A DNA stretch of 36,536 nt, from assembly GCA_947628105.1 (NCBI GenBank), contig CANQYN010000001.1, positions 1-36,536 of the forward strand, read 5' to 3'. Within the stretch, counting starts at the first letter, position 1, and each line of letters opens with the position of its first letter. The notes below the pieces were generated by a model. It had not been told where the DNA came from. It did not search any database and saw only the letters and a list, made by a program, of their open reading frames with translations. Positions 18,838-27,290 of the stretch are shown in pieces. Source of the DNA: an uncultured Bacilli bacterium. GTDB lineage: Bacteria; Bacillota_I; Bacilli_A; RF39; UBA660. A program made the translations under genes and the position numbers.

Positions 18838-18897
18838 ATTTTTAGGATAAATACTAGTCCTAAATGAAGAAAAGAATAAAAGGAGTTGACATTTCTT

Positions 18898-20481
18898 ATG
18901 TTAAAAGTTTTTGACTATGAAAAAATGCCTGTTGTGGAGATTGTCAATAATATATTAGTCGATGCTGCCAAACGTGATGCCAGTGATATTCATTTTGACC
19001 CACAGGAAGAGTATTTAAAAATTCGTATTCGTATCGATGGAGATCTAAAAGATTACGCGGAAGTTCCAAACACAATTAAAAGAAATATGATTACCCGTAT
19101 TAAGATCATTAGTGGAATGAATATTACCGAATCAAGATTACCACAAGATGGAGCCATTAAAACTACCATTGAAGATGTCAATCTAGATTTACGTGTATCT
19201 TGCCTTCCTACTAATTTAGGAGAAAAAATAGTTATCCGTATCTTAGACTATTCAATGAGTCAAGCAGGGCTTGAAACATTAGGGTTTAGTCCTAGTAATT
19301 TTGAAAAAGTCGCTCGTATTATTTCCGTTCCTAATGGAATCATTTTAGTTACAGGAGCTACCGGTACTGGTAAATCGACTACCGTATATTCTATTTTACA
19401 AAAATTAAATCGAGAAGAAACCAATATTATTACCGTTGAAGACCCGATTGAAATGAATATTGAAGGAATTAACCAAGTACAAGTAAATAGTGAAATTGGA
19501 CTTACTTTTGCGGCTTCTTTGCGTTCTATTTTACGTCAAGACCCTAACGTTATAATGATTGGGGAAATTCGTGATAACGAAACTGCTCAAATTGCTGTTC
19601 GTGCCTCTATTACAGGACATATCGTACTATCTACTATCCACACCAATAACTCATTAAATACGATTGAACGTCTCTTAGATATGGATGTAGAACGTTATTT
19701 ACTTGCTTCTGCACTAGAAGGAATTATTTCTCAAAAATTAGCTCGTCGTCTATGCCCTAAATGTAGAAAATTAAGACCTACTAACGAATATGAGAAAGAG
19801 TTATTTAAAAATGTCTTAAATAAAGATGTTAACGAAACTTATACAAATGTTGGGTGTGAAGAATGTACAAACGGATTTAAAGGACGTATCCCTATCCATG
19901 AAGTATTGGTCGTAACTCAGACAATTAAAGATGCGATTAGTAACAATGTTAGAAAAGAAGAATTAAGAAAATTAGTATATACAGAAGATGTAACTACCAT
20001 GTTACAAGATGGAATGGAAAAAGTAATTGAAGGAGAAACTACTTTTGAAGAAATTTTGAAATTAATCGAATTAGATGAAGATGAAAGTACAGCTGGTGAA
20101 GATCGTTCAAACTTACAAAATTCTATCGAATTTACTAAATTATCCCAAGAAGCAGCGAAAGCTACTTTGAATAAATTAGAAGAAGCAGAAAAAAAAGATC
20201 GAAATGAAAAGTCACCAACAAATTCTACCTCAAATAATATTTCAAATCCAGCAGTAAATTCACCAACTTCATCAAGTACAACCCCATCAACGAGTTCTAC
20301 CACAAATAATACTTCAACTTCTACAGTAACTTCACCAAGTACAACAGCACCAACAAGTTCTACTATAAATAATATTTCAAATTCTACGGTAACTTCGCCA
20401 AATACAGCAACTCCACCAACAAATCCTATTCCAATTCCACCACAACCAACAATTAATACAAATGAAAAAGCTTCTCAATAG
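18898..20481 (+). CDS. GspE/PilB/ComGA-family type II/IV secretion ATPase with a C-terminal low-complexity tail
   Basis: Walker A GATGTGKSTT, Asp box ITVEDPIE, Walker B VIMIGEIRD, His box GHIVLSTIHTN, tetracysteine CPKC...GCEEC. No N1 domain, as in ComGA. About 135 extra C-terminal residues. Start at ATG 18898 downstream of AAAGGAG. Confidence 0.9.
   Translation: MLKVFDYEKMPVVEIVNNILVDAAKRDASDIHFDPQEEYLKIRIRIDGDLKDYAEVPNTIKRNMITRIKIISGMNITESRLPQDGAIKTTIEDVNLDLRVSCLPTNLGEKIVIRILDYSMSQAGLETLGFSPSNFEKVARIISVPNGIILVTGATGTGKSTTVYSILQKLNREETNIITVEDPIEMNIEGINQVQVNSEIGLTFAASLRSILRQDPNVIMIGEIRDNETAQIAVRASITGHIVLSTIHTNNSLNTIERLLDMDVERYLLASALEGIISQKLARRLCPKCRKLRPTNEYEKELFKNVLNKDVNETYTNVGCEECTNGFKGRIPIHEVLVVTQTIKDAISNNVRKEELRKLVYTEDVTTMLQDGMEKVIEGETTFEEILKLIELDEDESTAGEDRSNLQNSIEFTKLSQEAAKATLNKLEEAEKKDRNEKSPTNSTSNNISNPAVNSPTSSSTTPSTSSTTNNTSTSTVTSPSTTAPTSSTINNISNSTVTSPNTATPPTNPIPIPPQPTINTNEKASQ
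20212..20454 (+). repeat. Imperfect tandem coding repeats (Ser/Thr/Pro/Asn-rich, about 21-26 aa units)
   Basis: NSTSNNISNPAVNSPTSSSTTPSTSS / TTNNTSTSTVTSPSTTAPTSS / TINNISNSTVTSPNTATPPTNP, then IPIPPQPT. Visible at the DNA level as recurring aataat...tctac(a/g)gtaacttc(a/g)cca units. Confidence 0.65.
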
Positions 20482-20492
20482 AAGCTTTTTCA
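20466..20492. terminator. Bidirectional hairpin between the ATPase gene and convergent holA
   Basis: aaagcttct (20467-20475) pairs with agaagcttt (20480-20488), loop caat. Overlaps the stop codon. Confidence 0.6.
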
Positions 20493-21431
20493 TTTGTCTA
20501 ATATAAATAATTCTAAGGCAATTTCTTTATTCATTACCCCACTTTTAATCTGAATATCAAGATCTGCTAAACGTTGTAAATAGGAAAGTAATTCATTATC
20601 TGTAAATAATCTTGCCTTTTCTAATGCCTTTTCAACCGCATAAGGATGAACTCTTAAATGAGTAGCGATATCTCTTTTAGAATATCCTTTTTGATATAAT
20701 TTTTTACTTTGATAAATTAATCGAAATTGATTTGCTAATAATATTAAAATCATAATTGGTTCTTGTCCTAATTTAATCATCTCTTGATAACTTTCCATAG
20801 CTTTTTCTTTATTGTCAGTAACAATATTTTCAATTAATTGAAAAATATTGGTATTAATTGTTTTACTTGTTAAATTTACAATATCGTCTTTCGTTATAAC
20901 TTTATCAGAATCTTTATAAATTTTTAATTTTTCAATCTCATGTTCAATGATTCCTAAATCTTCCCCTACGCGATCTAAAAAGAACGAAACGATATCTTTA
21001 TCATATTGATAACCTTTTAAAGAAGAGGTAACAAAATGATAAAAATCCTCTACTTTACGATATTCAAACACATATCCTAATTTTCGAGCTAATTTTACTA
21101 TTTTTTTTCTTTCGTCTAGTTTTTCTTTATGAATAACAAATATTAAAATAGTATCCGCGGGATTTTGAAAATATTCTTCTAATAAGGAAACATCTTGATT
21201 TAATGTTTTTTTTGATGTATTGGCAGTAAAAAGATAAGCATTATCGACAATAATCATTTTATTATTAGAAAATAAAGAAATAGAATTTGCATCTTCTAAA
21301 ATATCTTGTAAAAAATCAACTTCTAAATCATAGGTCGTTACCATTACTGGCTCAATATGATATTCTTGCTTTATTTTTTTTATTTCTTTTTCGATTAAAT
21401 AGGTTTCTTCCCCATAAAAAACTCGTATCAT
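20490..21431 (-). CDS. holA: DNA polymerase III subunit delta
   Basis: 313 aa. N-terminus MIRVFYGEETYLIEKEIKKIK and overall architecture are typical of HolA/YqeN. TGTTATAAT extended -10 and GGTGGTAAG SD lie upstream. Confidence 0.82.
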   Translation of the reverse strand: MIRVFYGEETYLIEKEIKKIKQEYHIEPVMVTTYDLEVDFLQDILEDANSISLFSNNKMIIVDNAYLFTANTSKKTLNQDVSLLEEYFQNPADTILIFVIHKEKLDERKKIVKLARKLGYVFEYRKVEDFYHFVTSSLKGYQYDKDIVSFFLDRVGEDLGIIEHEIEKLKIYKDSDKVITKDDIVNLTSKTINTNIFQLIENIVTDNKEKAMESYQEMIKLGQEPIMILILLANQFRLIYQSKKLYQKGYSKRDIATHLRVHPYAVEKALEKARLFTDNELLSYLQRLADLDIQIKSGVMNKEIALELFILDK

Positions 21432-21453
21432 CTTACCACCAGTTTTTATTATA

Positions 21454-21483
21454 ACATAAAAAAATAAGTATTCCTACTTATTT
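21454..21483 (-). terminator. Rho-independent terminator after the histidine kinase gene
   Basis: Minus strand: AAATAAGTA pairs with TACTTATTT (21483-21475 and 21470-21462), loop 4 nt, then TTTTTTT. Confidence 0.6.
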
Positions 21484-22883
21484 TTCTTAAAAGGTATTTT
21501 AAAATAGAAGGTAGTCCCTTTTTTAACCTGAGATATTACTCCATATTCAAAATGATGTTTTTCTAAAATGTTTTTTACGATGGAAAGTCCAAGCCCAGTT
21601 CCTTTGACTGAACGTTTATGCGTTTTATCAATCTTATAATATTTATCCCATATTAATGATAAATTTTTTTGATCAATCCCTTTTCCATCGTCGATAATTT
21701 TTACTACATAATTATTTTTTTCTTTTTCTACCTTTATCGTAATTTCTTTTTTCTTTCCTACATGATCAATCGCATTATTGATTAAATTATAAATGACTTG
21801 CTCCATTCGAATGACATCAGCTTCAATAATAATATTATCTTCACAAGTTTCAAAAACAAAATGATATCCTTCTACTTGTTCCAAATATGAAAATTTATTA
21901 ATCATTTGCTGAAGAAGACGATTTAGATGAATTTCTTCATAATTCAATTTTTCTACTTCAGATTGTATTTTAGAAAGCTCTAAAATATCGTTTACTAATC
22001 GATTTAATCTTTCCGTTTCGTCGATAATAATATTTAAATCTTCTTCTCTTTTTTCTTTATTGTCATAGGTTAAATCTCTTACTAATTCAGCGTAAGCCTT
22101 AATCATAGTAAGTGGCGTTTTTAAATCATGGGATACATTTGCTAAAAACTCCCGACGAACTTTTTCCGTTTTTGCTAATTCACAACAAGCATTATTCAAA
22201 GTTTCTCCTAACTCTTTTAGTTCTTGAATACTTTGATTCGTATCAAAAGAAAGCTGATATTCTCCTTTCGCCATTTTTTTGGCTGTCTGATTGATTTGAA
22301 CAATTGGTTCTGCCACTTTTTTAGAAATAAAATAAGCTAAAATAAAAGCCAAAATAAATATACCAATGGTAACATATATTAATTGACTAGCTAAAATTTT
22401 TGTCGTTGTTCCTAACGGTTTTAATGAAACGTTTACAAAAGCATAATAATTGTCATCTAATTTTAAAGCATATTCTAACGTTTTATTTTGAAATTTTTTA
22501 TTGAATAACGTATATTTTGCTCTTTTTTGATTACTTTTGATAAAATTTTGCCGATGATTTAATAATTCGCTATTATAATCGGAAGAGATACATCCACGAA
22601 TCAAACTATTGGTAGAATAAAGGCGAATATCAGCCGTCATCAATTCGATACATACCCCATTATTATAGGTAATATTATCTAAGGTCTGTTCAAATTGATT
22701 TCCTTGATACCCTTTTTCTATCTGAGAAGCAATTCCGTCTAATTCTCTTGTCTTCTGCCATTCATAATAGGTAGTTAAAAAAATTACTTGAAATAACCAA
22801 AGCCCCGCTAAGATAACAGCAGAAAAAATAGATAAATAAATCCATAATTTATTTCGTAGTTTAGTTACTTTCTGATAGTTCAA
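21474..22883 (-). CDS. Sensor histidine kinase (two TM helices, periplasmic-type loop, HAMP, HisKA, HATPase_c)
   Basis: H-box SHDLKTPLTMIKAYAE, N-box LINNAIDH, G1 DDGKGI, G2 GTGLGLSIVK. TM helices near aa 14-36 and 165-187. Apparent TTG start overlaps the response-regulator stop. Confidence 0.9.
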   Translation of the reverse strand: MNYQKVTKLRNKLWIYLSIFSAVILAGLWLFQVIFLTTYYEWQKTRELDGIASQIEKGYQGNQFEQTLDNITYNNGVCIELMTADIRLYSTNSLIRGCISSDYNSELLNHRQNFIKSNQKRAKYTLFNKKFQNKTLEYALKLDDNYYAFVNVSLKPLGTTTKILASQLIYVTIGIFILAFILAYFISKKVAEPIVQINQTAKKMAKGEYQLSFDTNQSIQELKELGETLNNACCELAKTEKVRREFLANVSHDLKTPLTMIKAYAELVRDLTYDNKEKREEDLNIIIDETERLNRLVNDILELSKIQSEVEKLNYEEIHLNRLLQQMINKFSYLEQVEGYHFVFETCEDNIIIEADVIRMEQVIYNLINNAIDHVGKKKEITIKVEKEKNNYVVKIIDDGKGIDQKNLSLIWDKYYKIDKTHKRSVKGTGLGLSIVKNILEKHHFEYGVISQVKKGTTFYFKIPFKKNK

Positions 22884-23529
22884 ATTTATATCCTACCCCT
22901 CTAACAGTTACAATTAAATCTCGATATTTTCCTAAATTACCGCGAAGCATTTTAATATGAGTATCAACAGTACGATCATCGCCAAAAAAATCATATCCCC
23001 AAATTTGACTCAACAACGTTTCTCGAGATAAAGCAATATTTTTATTTTTAATAAAAAACAATAATAGTTCATATTCTTTTGGTGTCAACTTTATTTCTTT
23101 TTGATCAATTTTTACGGTATGTCCTTTTTTGTCAACTATTAAATCTTGATAGATAAAAACATCTTCCTCTTTATTTCGTTTGCATATTGCCTTGATTCTT
23201 GCCATCAATTCGCGAGGACTAAAAGGTTTCGTAACATAATCATCAATTCCATCATCAAAAGCTTGTAATTTATCATATTCTTCTTTTCTAGCTGATAACA
23301 TTAACGTAGGAATTTCCTTTATTTTTTTAATTTCACGATTCGCACTAATACCATCTAATATAGGCATCATAATATCCATAATAATAAAATCAATATCTGG
23401 ATGTTCTTTTACTTTCGCAATTGCTTCTTTTCCATTAGAAGCTTCAATTACTTCATATTTTTCATGATAAGCATATTCTTTGATTACTTCTCTAATACGA
23501 ATCTCATCATCGACAACTAATAGTTTCAT
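22861..23529 (-). CDS. OmpR/PhoB-family response regulator
   Basis: Receiver domain (LLVVDDE...IIMDIMMP...KPF) plus a winged-helix output domain (LTPKEYELLLFF...VDTHIKMLRGNL...VRGVGYKF). Confidence 0.93.
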   Translation of the reverse strand: MKLLVVDDEIRIREVIKEYAYHEKYEVIEASNGKEAIAKVKEHPDIDFIIMDIMMPILDGISANREIKKIKEIPTLMLSARKEEYDKLQAFDDGIDDYVTKPFSPRELMARIKAICKRNKEEDVFIYQDLIVDKKGHTVKIDQKEIKLTPKEYELLLFFIKNKNIALSRETLLSQIWGYDFFGDDRTVDTHIKMLRGNLGKYRDLIVTVRGVGYKFELSESN

Positions 23530-23583
23530 ATTTCACATCCTCATTTATATCATACTAAAGCAATATGTATATTTTGTGAAAAC

Positions 23584-24612
23584 TTACGAAAAAGAATAAT
23601 TTTCAAAGTTTTCTGTTTTTTCTATATGATTTTTATCTAAATACCACATAGCTTCTATATCAGTTTGTTTAGAAATCCATTGTTTTCCTTGTTTAGTATC
23701 CATTAAAAAGAGAGTAGTGGCGACAAGATCAGATGTTACACTATCATTAGCAATGACAGTTACACTTTCTTTATCACTAGGAGGAAATAAGGTATCCGGT
23801 AATAACAAAAAATGATATTTTTTTGCTTTATATTCATAAAAATCTTCTTCTTTTCCAACCGTACTAATTGCTTTTTTTACCACCTTTACTTTTGTTGAAA
23901 TTTCTAGAGATTGAAAAGGATCTTCAATTCCAACGATATATTTATTTTTATGATAATAATCCCCTACTACAATAGTTCCTCCAATATCGATTACATACGA
24001 AGTAATTCCTTGTTTTTTTAAATATTCGACCACTTTATTTGTCGCATATCCTTTTCGATAAAAATTTAAATCAATATTGACATGATTATTTTCAATCTTA
24101 TTATTTTCTTTTAAAATAATTTTTTTTATATCATTATTTTCTTTCTGTAATTCTTCTTTAGTAGGAATAGATGTTCCTTTTTCCCGATATTCACTCCACC
24201 TATCATTGGCGTTTCCTAAAGCAATATTTAAAAAATGATTGCTCTTTTCATACCATGTTAAGCCCAGTTTTAACATATCATATAAATTTTTATCAATCGT
24301 AATGTCTTTTTCTTTCGAAGAGTTATTTTTTATATAATACAAATTATGAATATTTTTATATTCTTCTTTTCGATTTGTTATCTTATGATAATAATGATAA
24401 ATGTTTTCAACTTCATCTAACTTTTTTTCGATTTGATCACTATCTTTACCATATAATTTTATATAAATAGGATAATCCATATAAAACATTTTACGTTGAT
24501 ATTCTTTGCTGGTATTCTTTACTCGTACTTCAGTAAAGACGATATAAAAAAGAAAAAAAACCATCAAAAGAAAGAATATTTTCCAAATAATTATATTTAT
24601 TTTTTGATGCAT
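23584..24612 (-). CDS. ApbE-family (FAD:protein FMN transferase-like) membrane-anchored protein, divergent
   Basis: N-terminal TM helix. ApbE-like blocks: IDLNFYRKGYATNKVVEYLKKQGITSYVIDIGGTIVVG, AISTVGKEEDFYEYKAKKYHFLLLP, SVTVIANDSVTSDLVATTLFLM. SD AGGTGA. Confidence 0.62.
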   Translation of the reverse strand: MHQKINIIIWKIFFLLMVFFLFYIVFTEVRVKNTSKEYQRKMFYMDYPIYIKLYGKDSDQIEKKLDEVENIYHYYHKITNRKEEYKNIHNLYYIKNNSSKEKDITIDKNLYDMLKLGLTWYEKSNHFLNIALGNANDRWSEYREKGTSIPTKEELQKENNDIKKIILKENNKIENNHVNIDLNFYRKGYATNKVVEYLKKQGITSYVIDIGGTIVVGDYYHKNKYIVGIEDPFQSLEISTKVKVVKKAISTVGKEEDFYEYKAKKYHFLLLPDTLFPPSDKESVTVIANDSVTSDLVATTLFLMDTKQGKQWISKQTDIEAMWYLDKNHIEKTENFENYSFS

Positions 24613-24640
24613 ATCATCACCTAATTTATTATACCATAAA

Positions 24641-24665
24641 AGAAAAAAAACATCTATTTGATGTT
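24641..24665 (-). terminator. Rho-independent terminator after the TPR-like gene
   Basis: Minus strand: AACATC pairs with GATGTT (24665-24660 and 24654-24649), loop 5 nt, then an 8-T run. TGGTATAAT follows, a probable extended -10 for the ApbE-like/TCS operon. Confidence 0.6.
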
Positions 24666-25349
24666 CTTTAAACGATATTGATTTGGTTTAAAATCCCCTT
24701 TTAATTGACCTCGATTAATTAAAAAATTATCTAATCGATATTCCTCAGCTGCATATGGTTCTAATTTTAAAGCAGTACTAGCAATTTGATTAGCTTTTTG
24801 GTAATCTTTTTTATAATAATAAATTTTTGAAAGATAAAGACATGCTTTTTCATATCGCCAATATCCTTCACGAATAAATTTTTTCAAATGGAATAAAGCT
24901 TGTTTATAATCATGAATTTTATAATCAATTTTTCCTAAATAATAATCAAAAATAACATTGTCAAAAAGATATTTACCTGCTTCATAATAATCGTAAGCTA
25001 GTGGCAAATCTTTTTCTTGATAAGCTTGACTACCTTGTCGCAACAAAGCTTCAAATCGATATTTTTCTTCTTCTGACATCATAGAATAATACTGCAATTG
25101 ATTAATTTTATTAAAAAGAAATTGATGTTTAATTTTATCATGGGAAAAAGCAGAATTTTGCATTTCTTTTAATGCTTTTTTCGCATATTCTAAATATCCA
25201 TGCTCAATTAAAAGATTACAATCATCATAATTATATCCTCTATCAGGATATTTTCGAATAAGTTCAATTAAAAGAGAAAAATACTGTTCAAAATCTTTTT
25301 TCGCTAACGCGTTTTCTTTTTGTTGTAATAATTGTTGTTTTTTTATCAT
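24654..25349 (-). CDS. Hypothetical TPR-like helical repeat protein
   Basis: Recurring Tyr/Ala-rich helix-pair pattern (AYDYYEAGKYLF, YKQALFHLKKFI, ACLYLSKIYYYKKDYQKANQIASTALKL). ATG 25349 has better SD spacing (GAGGAAG) than 25358. Confidence 0.5.
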   Translation of the reverse strand: MIKKQQLLQQKENALAKKDFEQYFSLLIELIRKYPDRGYNYDDCNLLIEHGYLEYAKKALKEMQNSAFSHDKIKHQFLFNKINQLQYYSMMSEEEKYRFEALLRQGSQAYQEKDLPLAYDYYEAGKYLFDNVIFDYYLGKIDYKIHDYKQALFHLKKFIREGYWRYEKACLYLSKIYYYKKDYQKANQIASTALKLEPYAAEEYRLDNFLINRGQLKGDFKPNQYRLKNIK

Positions 25350-26361
25350 TAAAATCATCTTCCTCTAATACTTTATAATAGACATTAATCATTTTTTTTC
25401 CAACAGTTTTTATTTCACATTGTTTCGCTAAAAGATAAGCGTTCTCTACTAAAGAAGGTAATTCTTTATTTGTTATTCCGCGAATTAAATATTCAAAATC
25501 TTCTAATGTCTTCCCTTTATAAACCTCTTTTTTATCCTTAATCCATTCAAAGATTGGAATATCGCGAATAACCGTATCAATTTTCGTCGAAAAAGCTTCT
25601 AAAATAGGAATCCCTTCCGTCTCTTCTAACGTTGGAAAAAAATAGATATCTCCGCCTGATAAAGCAGAACGAATCATCTCTTGTTCAACATAGCCAGCAA
25701 AAGTTAAATTAGGTAATTTTGTATTTACAGCTCTTCGAATTTTTCGAGGAACCAAATTTAAATTAAGATATCCAAACCAAATAAATTGATAATCTTTCAT
25801 TCTTTTAGCTAGTTCAACAAAATCTAAAATTCCTTTTCGTTCTAAATATAAACCAATTCCAATAACAACCTTATCATCTTTAGAATAACCATAAGTTTTT
25901 CGAAATTGCTCTCCTTGTTTTTTATCTTTTTTAAAAAACTTCATATCGATGCCATTAGAAATTGCTTCAATTGGATGAAGCCCATAACTTTCTTGAATTT
26001 TTTTTGAATATGGTGTGGGAGATATAATATAATCCCCTAAACGATAACATTTACAAATCCACCATTTAAAAAGAGGAGCTAATTGATTAGAAAATAAAAA
26101 TGAATTTTTAAAATCCTCTTTCGTAGAATGAGCATGATAAATTACTTTTTTCCCTAATTTTTTTGCTTTTTTTGCTAAAAAATAACTTTTTGGGCCAAAA
26201 AAATTAATATGTACAATATCACAGGAATTTATTTCTTTTGGATTTTCTGTATATTCAATGTGATTTTCTTCTAATGCTTTTTTTTGATGCTGAATCGCTT
26301 TTCCAAGACCAGATTTCCCGATTGTTTTTTCACTTTCTGTATATAATAATACTTTCACCAT
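25288..26361 (-). CDS. GT4-family (GT-B fold) glycosyltransferase
   Basis: N-terminal GKSGLGKA and the EX7E motif (LEETEGIPILEAF). 357 aa. The start lies 5 nt after the ymxH-like stop. The 3' end overlaps the next gene by about 62 nt. Confidence 0.85.
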   Translation of the reverse strand: MVKVLLYTESEKTIGKSGLGKAIQHQKKALEENHIEYTENPKEINSCDIVHINFFGPKSYFLAKKAKKLGKKVIYHAHSTKEDFKNSFLFSNQLAPLFKWWICKCYRLGDYIISPTPYSKKIQESYGLHPIEAISNGIDMKFFKKDKKQGEQFRKTYGYSKDDKVVIGIGLYLERKGILDFVELAKRMKDYQFIWFGYLNLNLVPRKIRRAVNTKLPNLTFAGYVEQEMIRSALSGGDIYFFPTLEETEGIPILEAFSTKIDTVIRDIPIFEWIKDKKEVYKGKTLEDFEYLIRGITNKELPSLVENAYLLAKQCEIKTVGKKMINVYYKVLEEDDFNDKKTTIITTKRKRVSEKRF

Positions 26362-26366
26362 ATCAC

Positions 26367-26594
26367 CTACTTAATATCAACTAAAATGACATCTTCCCCT
26401 ATTTTCTTAATTTGTTCCCAACGAATTTGGAAATCCTCTCGATTGGATAAAAAATTAAAATTAAATTTATTTTTTTGAATGATTAATGTTTCTAACATCC
26501 CGCTACGATTAATAATAACATCGATAATCATTCCTATCTTTTTGCCATCTTTAATATCGACGATATCTTTTGATTGTAAATCAGATAAATTCAT
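26367..26594 (-). CDS. YlmC/YmxH-family PRC-barrel sporulation protein
   Basis: LSDLQSKDIVDIKDGKKIGMIIDVIINRSGMLETLIIQK...IRWEQIKKIGEDVILVD matches the YlmC/YmxH pattern. ATG 26594 follows GGTGATGAGG. Confidence 0.78.
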   Translation of the reverse strand: MNLSDLQSKDIVDIKDGKKIGMIIDVIINRSGMLETLIIQKNKFNFNFLSNREDFQIRWEQIKKIGEDVILVDIK

Positions 26595-26668
26595 CCTCAT
26601 CACCTATTTAATCATACGTCAAAAAAATGATTTTAGTAGTATCTTTATGCTTCTATCAAAAACAAAAA

Positions 26669-27217
26669 TTATCTTTGATATTCTTTTTCTAATAATTTTT
26701 CTTTTAATTTTTGATCGTTTACAGGATATAAAACCTCATTTTGATCTTCTTTATTATAAATTTCTAATATCGTTTCTGCATTTTCTTTTATTTCTTTTAA
26801 TAATACAATATCATTTTCATAATCTAAAAAAGCAAATAATTTTTCTTGAGTTAATATTTTACCTTGCTCCACCATAAAAAAATCTATTGGTAGAGCATTG
26901 GTAATCTGAAAAGAACTAGCATAAATATTTTCTTTTTGTAGACGATATTGTAAGTCTTGAAAGTATAATTTTGCATTTTTCTTTTGAATATATTCTGGTT
27001 GATTATTTTTTATTTTTTTCCAATCGAAAGCAGCCCATAAGGCATAAAAACTAATTAGCATAGGAAAAGGGAAAAAAGATAGAATTCCTAATAATTTTAA
27101 TGCTAATATATGAATACCATTTTTTAAAATTGTAGTTATTACCTCAAAAGAAAAGGTCTCCTTATCAATCGAATCATCGATTGATATGTTTTTTTTGCAT
27201 CTGTTGAAATTTTCCAT
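26669..27217 (-). CDS. Hypothetical protein with a central membrane hairpin (182 aa)
   Basis: ORF with a hydrophobic hairpin (GIHILALKLLGILSFFPFPMLISFYALWAAF). ATG 27217 lacks an SD. See the homopolymer/frameshift finding. Confidence 0.45.
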   Translation of the reverse strand: MENFNRCKKNISIDDSIDKETFSFEVITTILKNGIHILALKLLGILSFFPFPMLISFYALWAAFDWKKIKNNQPEYIQKKNAKLYFQDLQYRLQKENIYASSFQITNALPIDFFMVEQGKILTQEKLFAFLDYENDIVLLKEIKENAETILEIYNKEDQNEVLYPVNDQKLKEKLLEKEYQR

Positions 27218-27290
27218 AAAAAGTTAAATTTTTCATACGATAATCCCCCATAAATAAGTGGAGTTATAATATCATAGATTTTTCTATTTG

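Noticed and set aside
19917-20303. 128-aa minus-strand ORF inside the ATPase gene
   Set aside because: It lies antisense to a strongly supported ATPase CDS and its repeat tail. This is a shadow ORF caused by low-complexity codon usage.
25288-25358. 62-71-nt overlap between the glycosyltransferase and the TPR-like gene, considered as a frameshift or gene fusion
   Set aside because: Both frames are open and each has a plausible end or start. The GT tail in the overlap is a basic, unconserved-looking extension. There is no homopolymer that would suggest an indel. It remains unverified.
26479-26877. 132-aa plus-strand ORF spanning the ymxH-like gene and the intergenic region
   Set aside because: It lies antisense to a well-supported gene. 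Its product is Ile/Leu/Phe-rich, as expected from reading AT-rich coding DNA backwards, and it has no SD.
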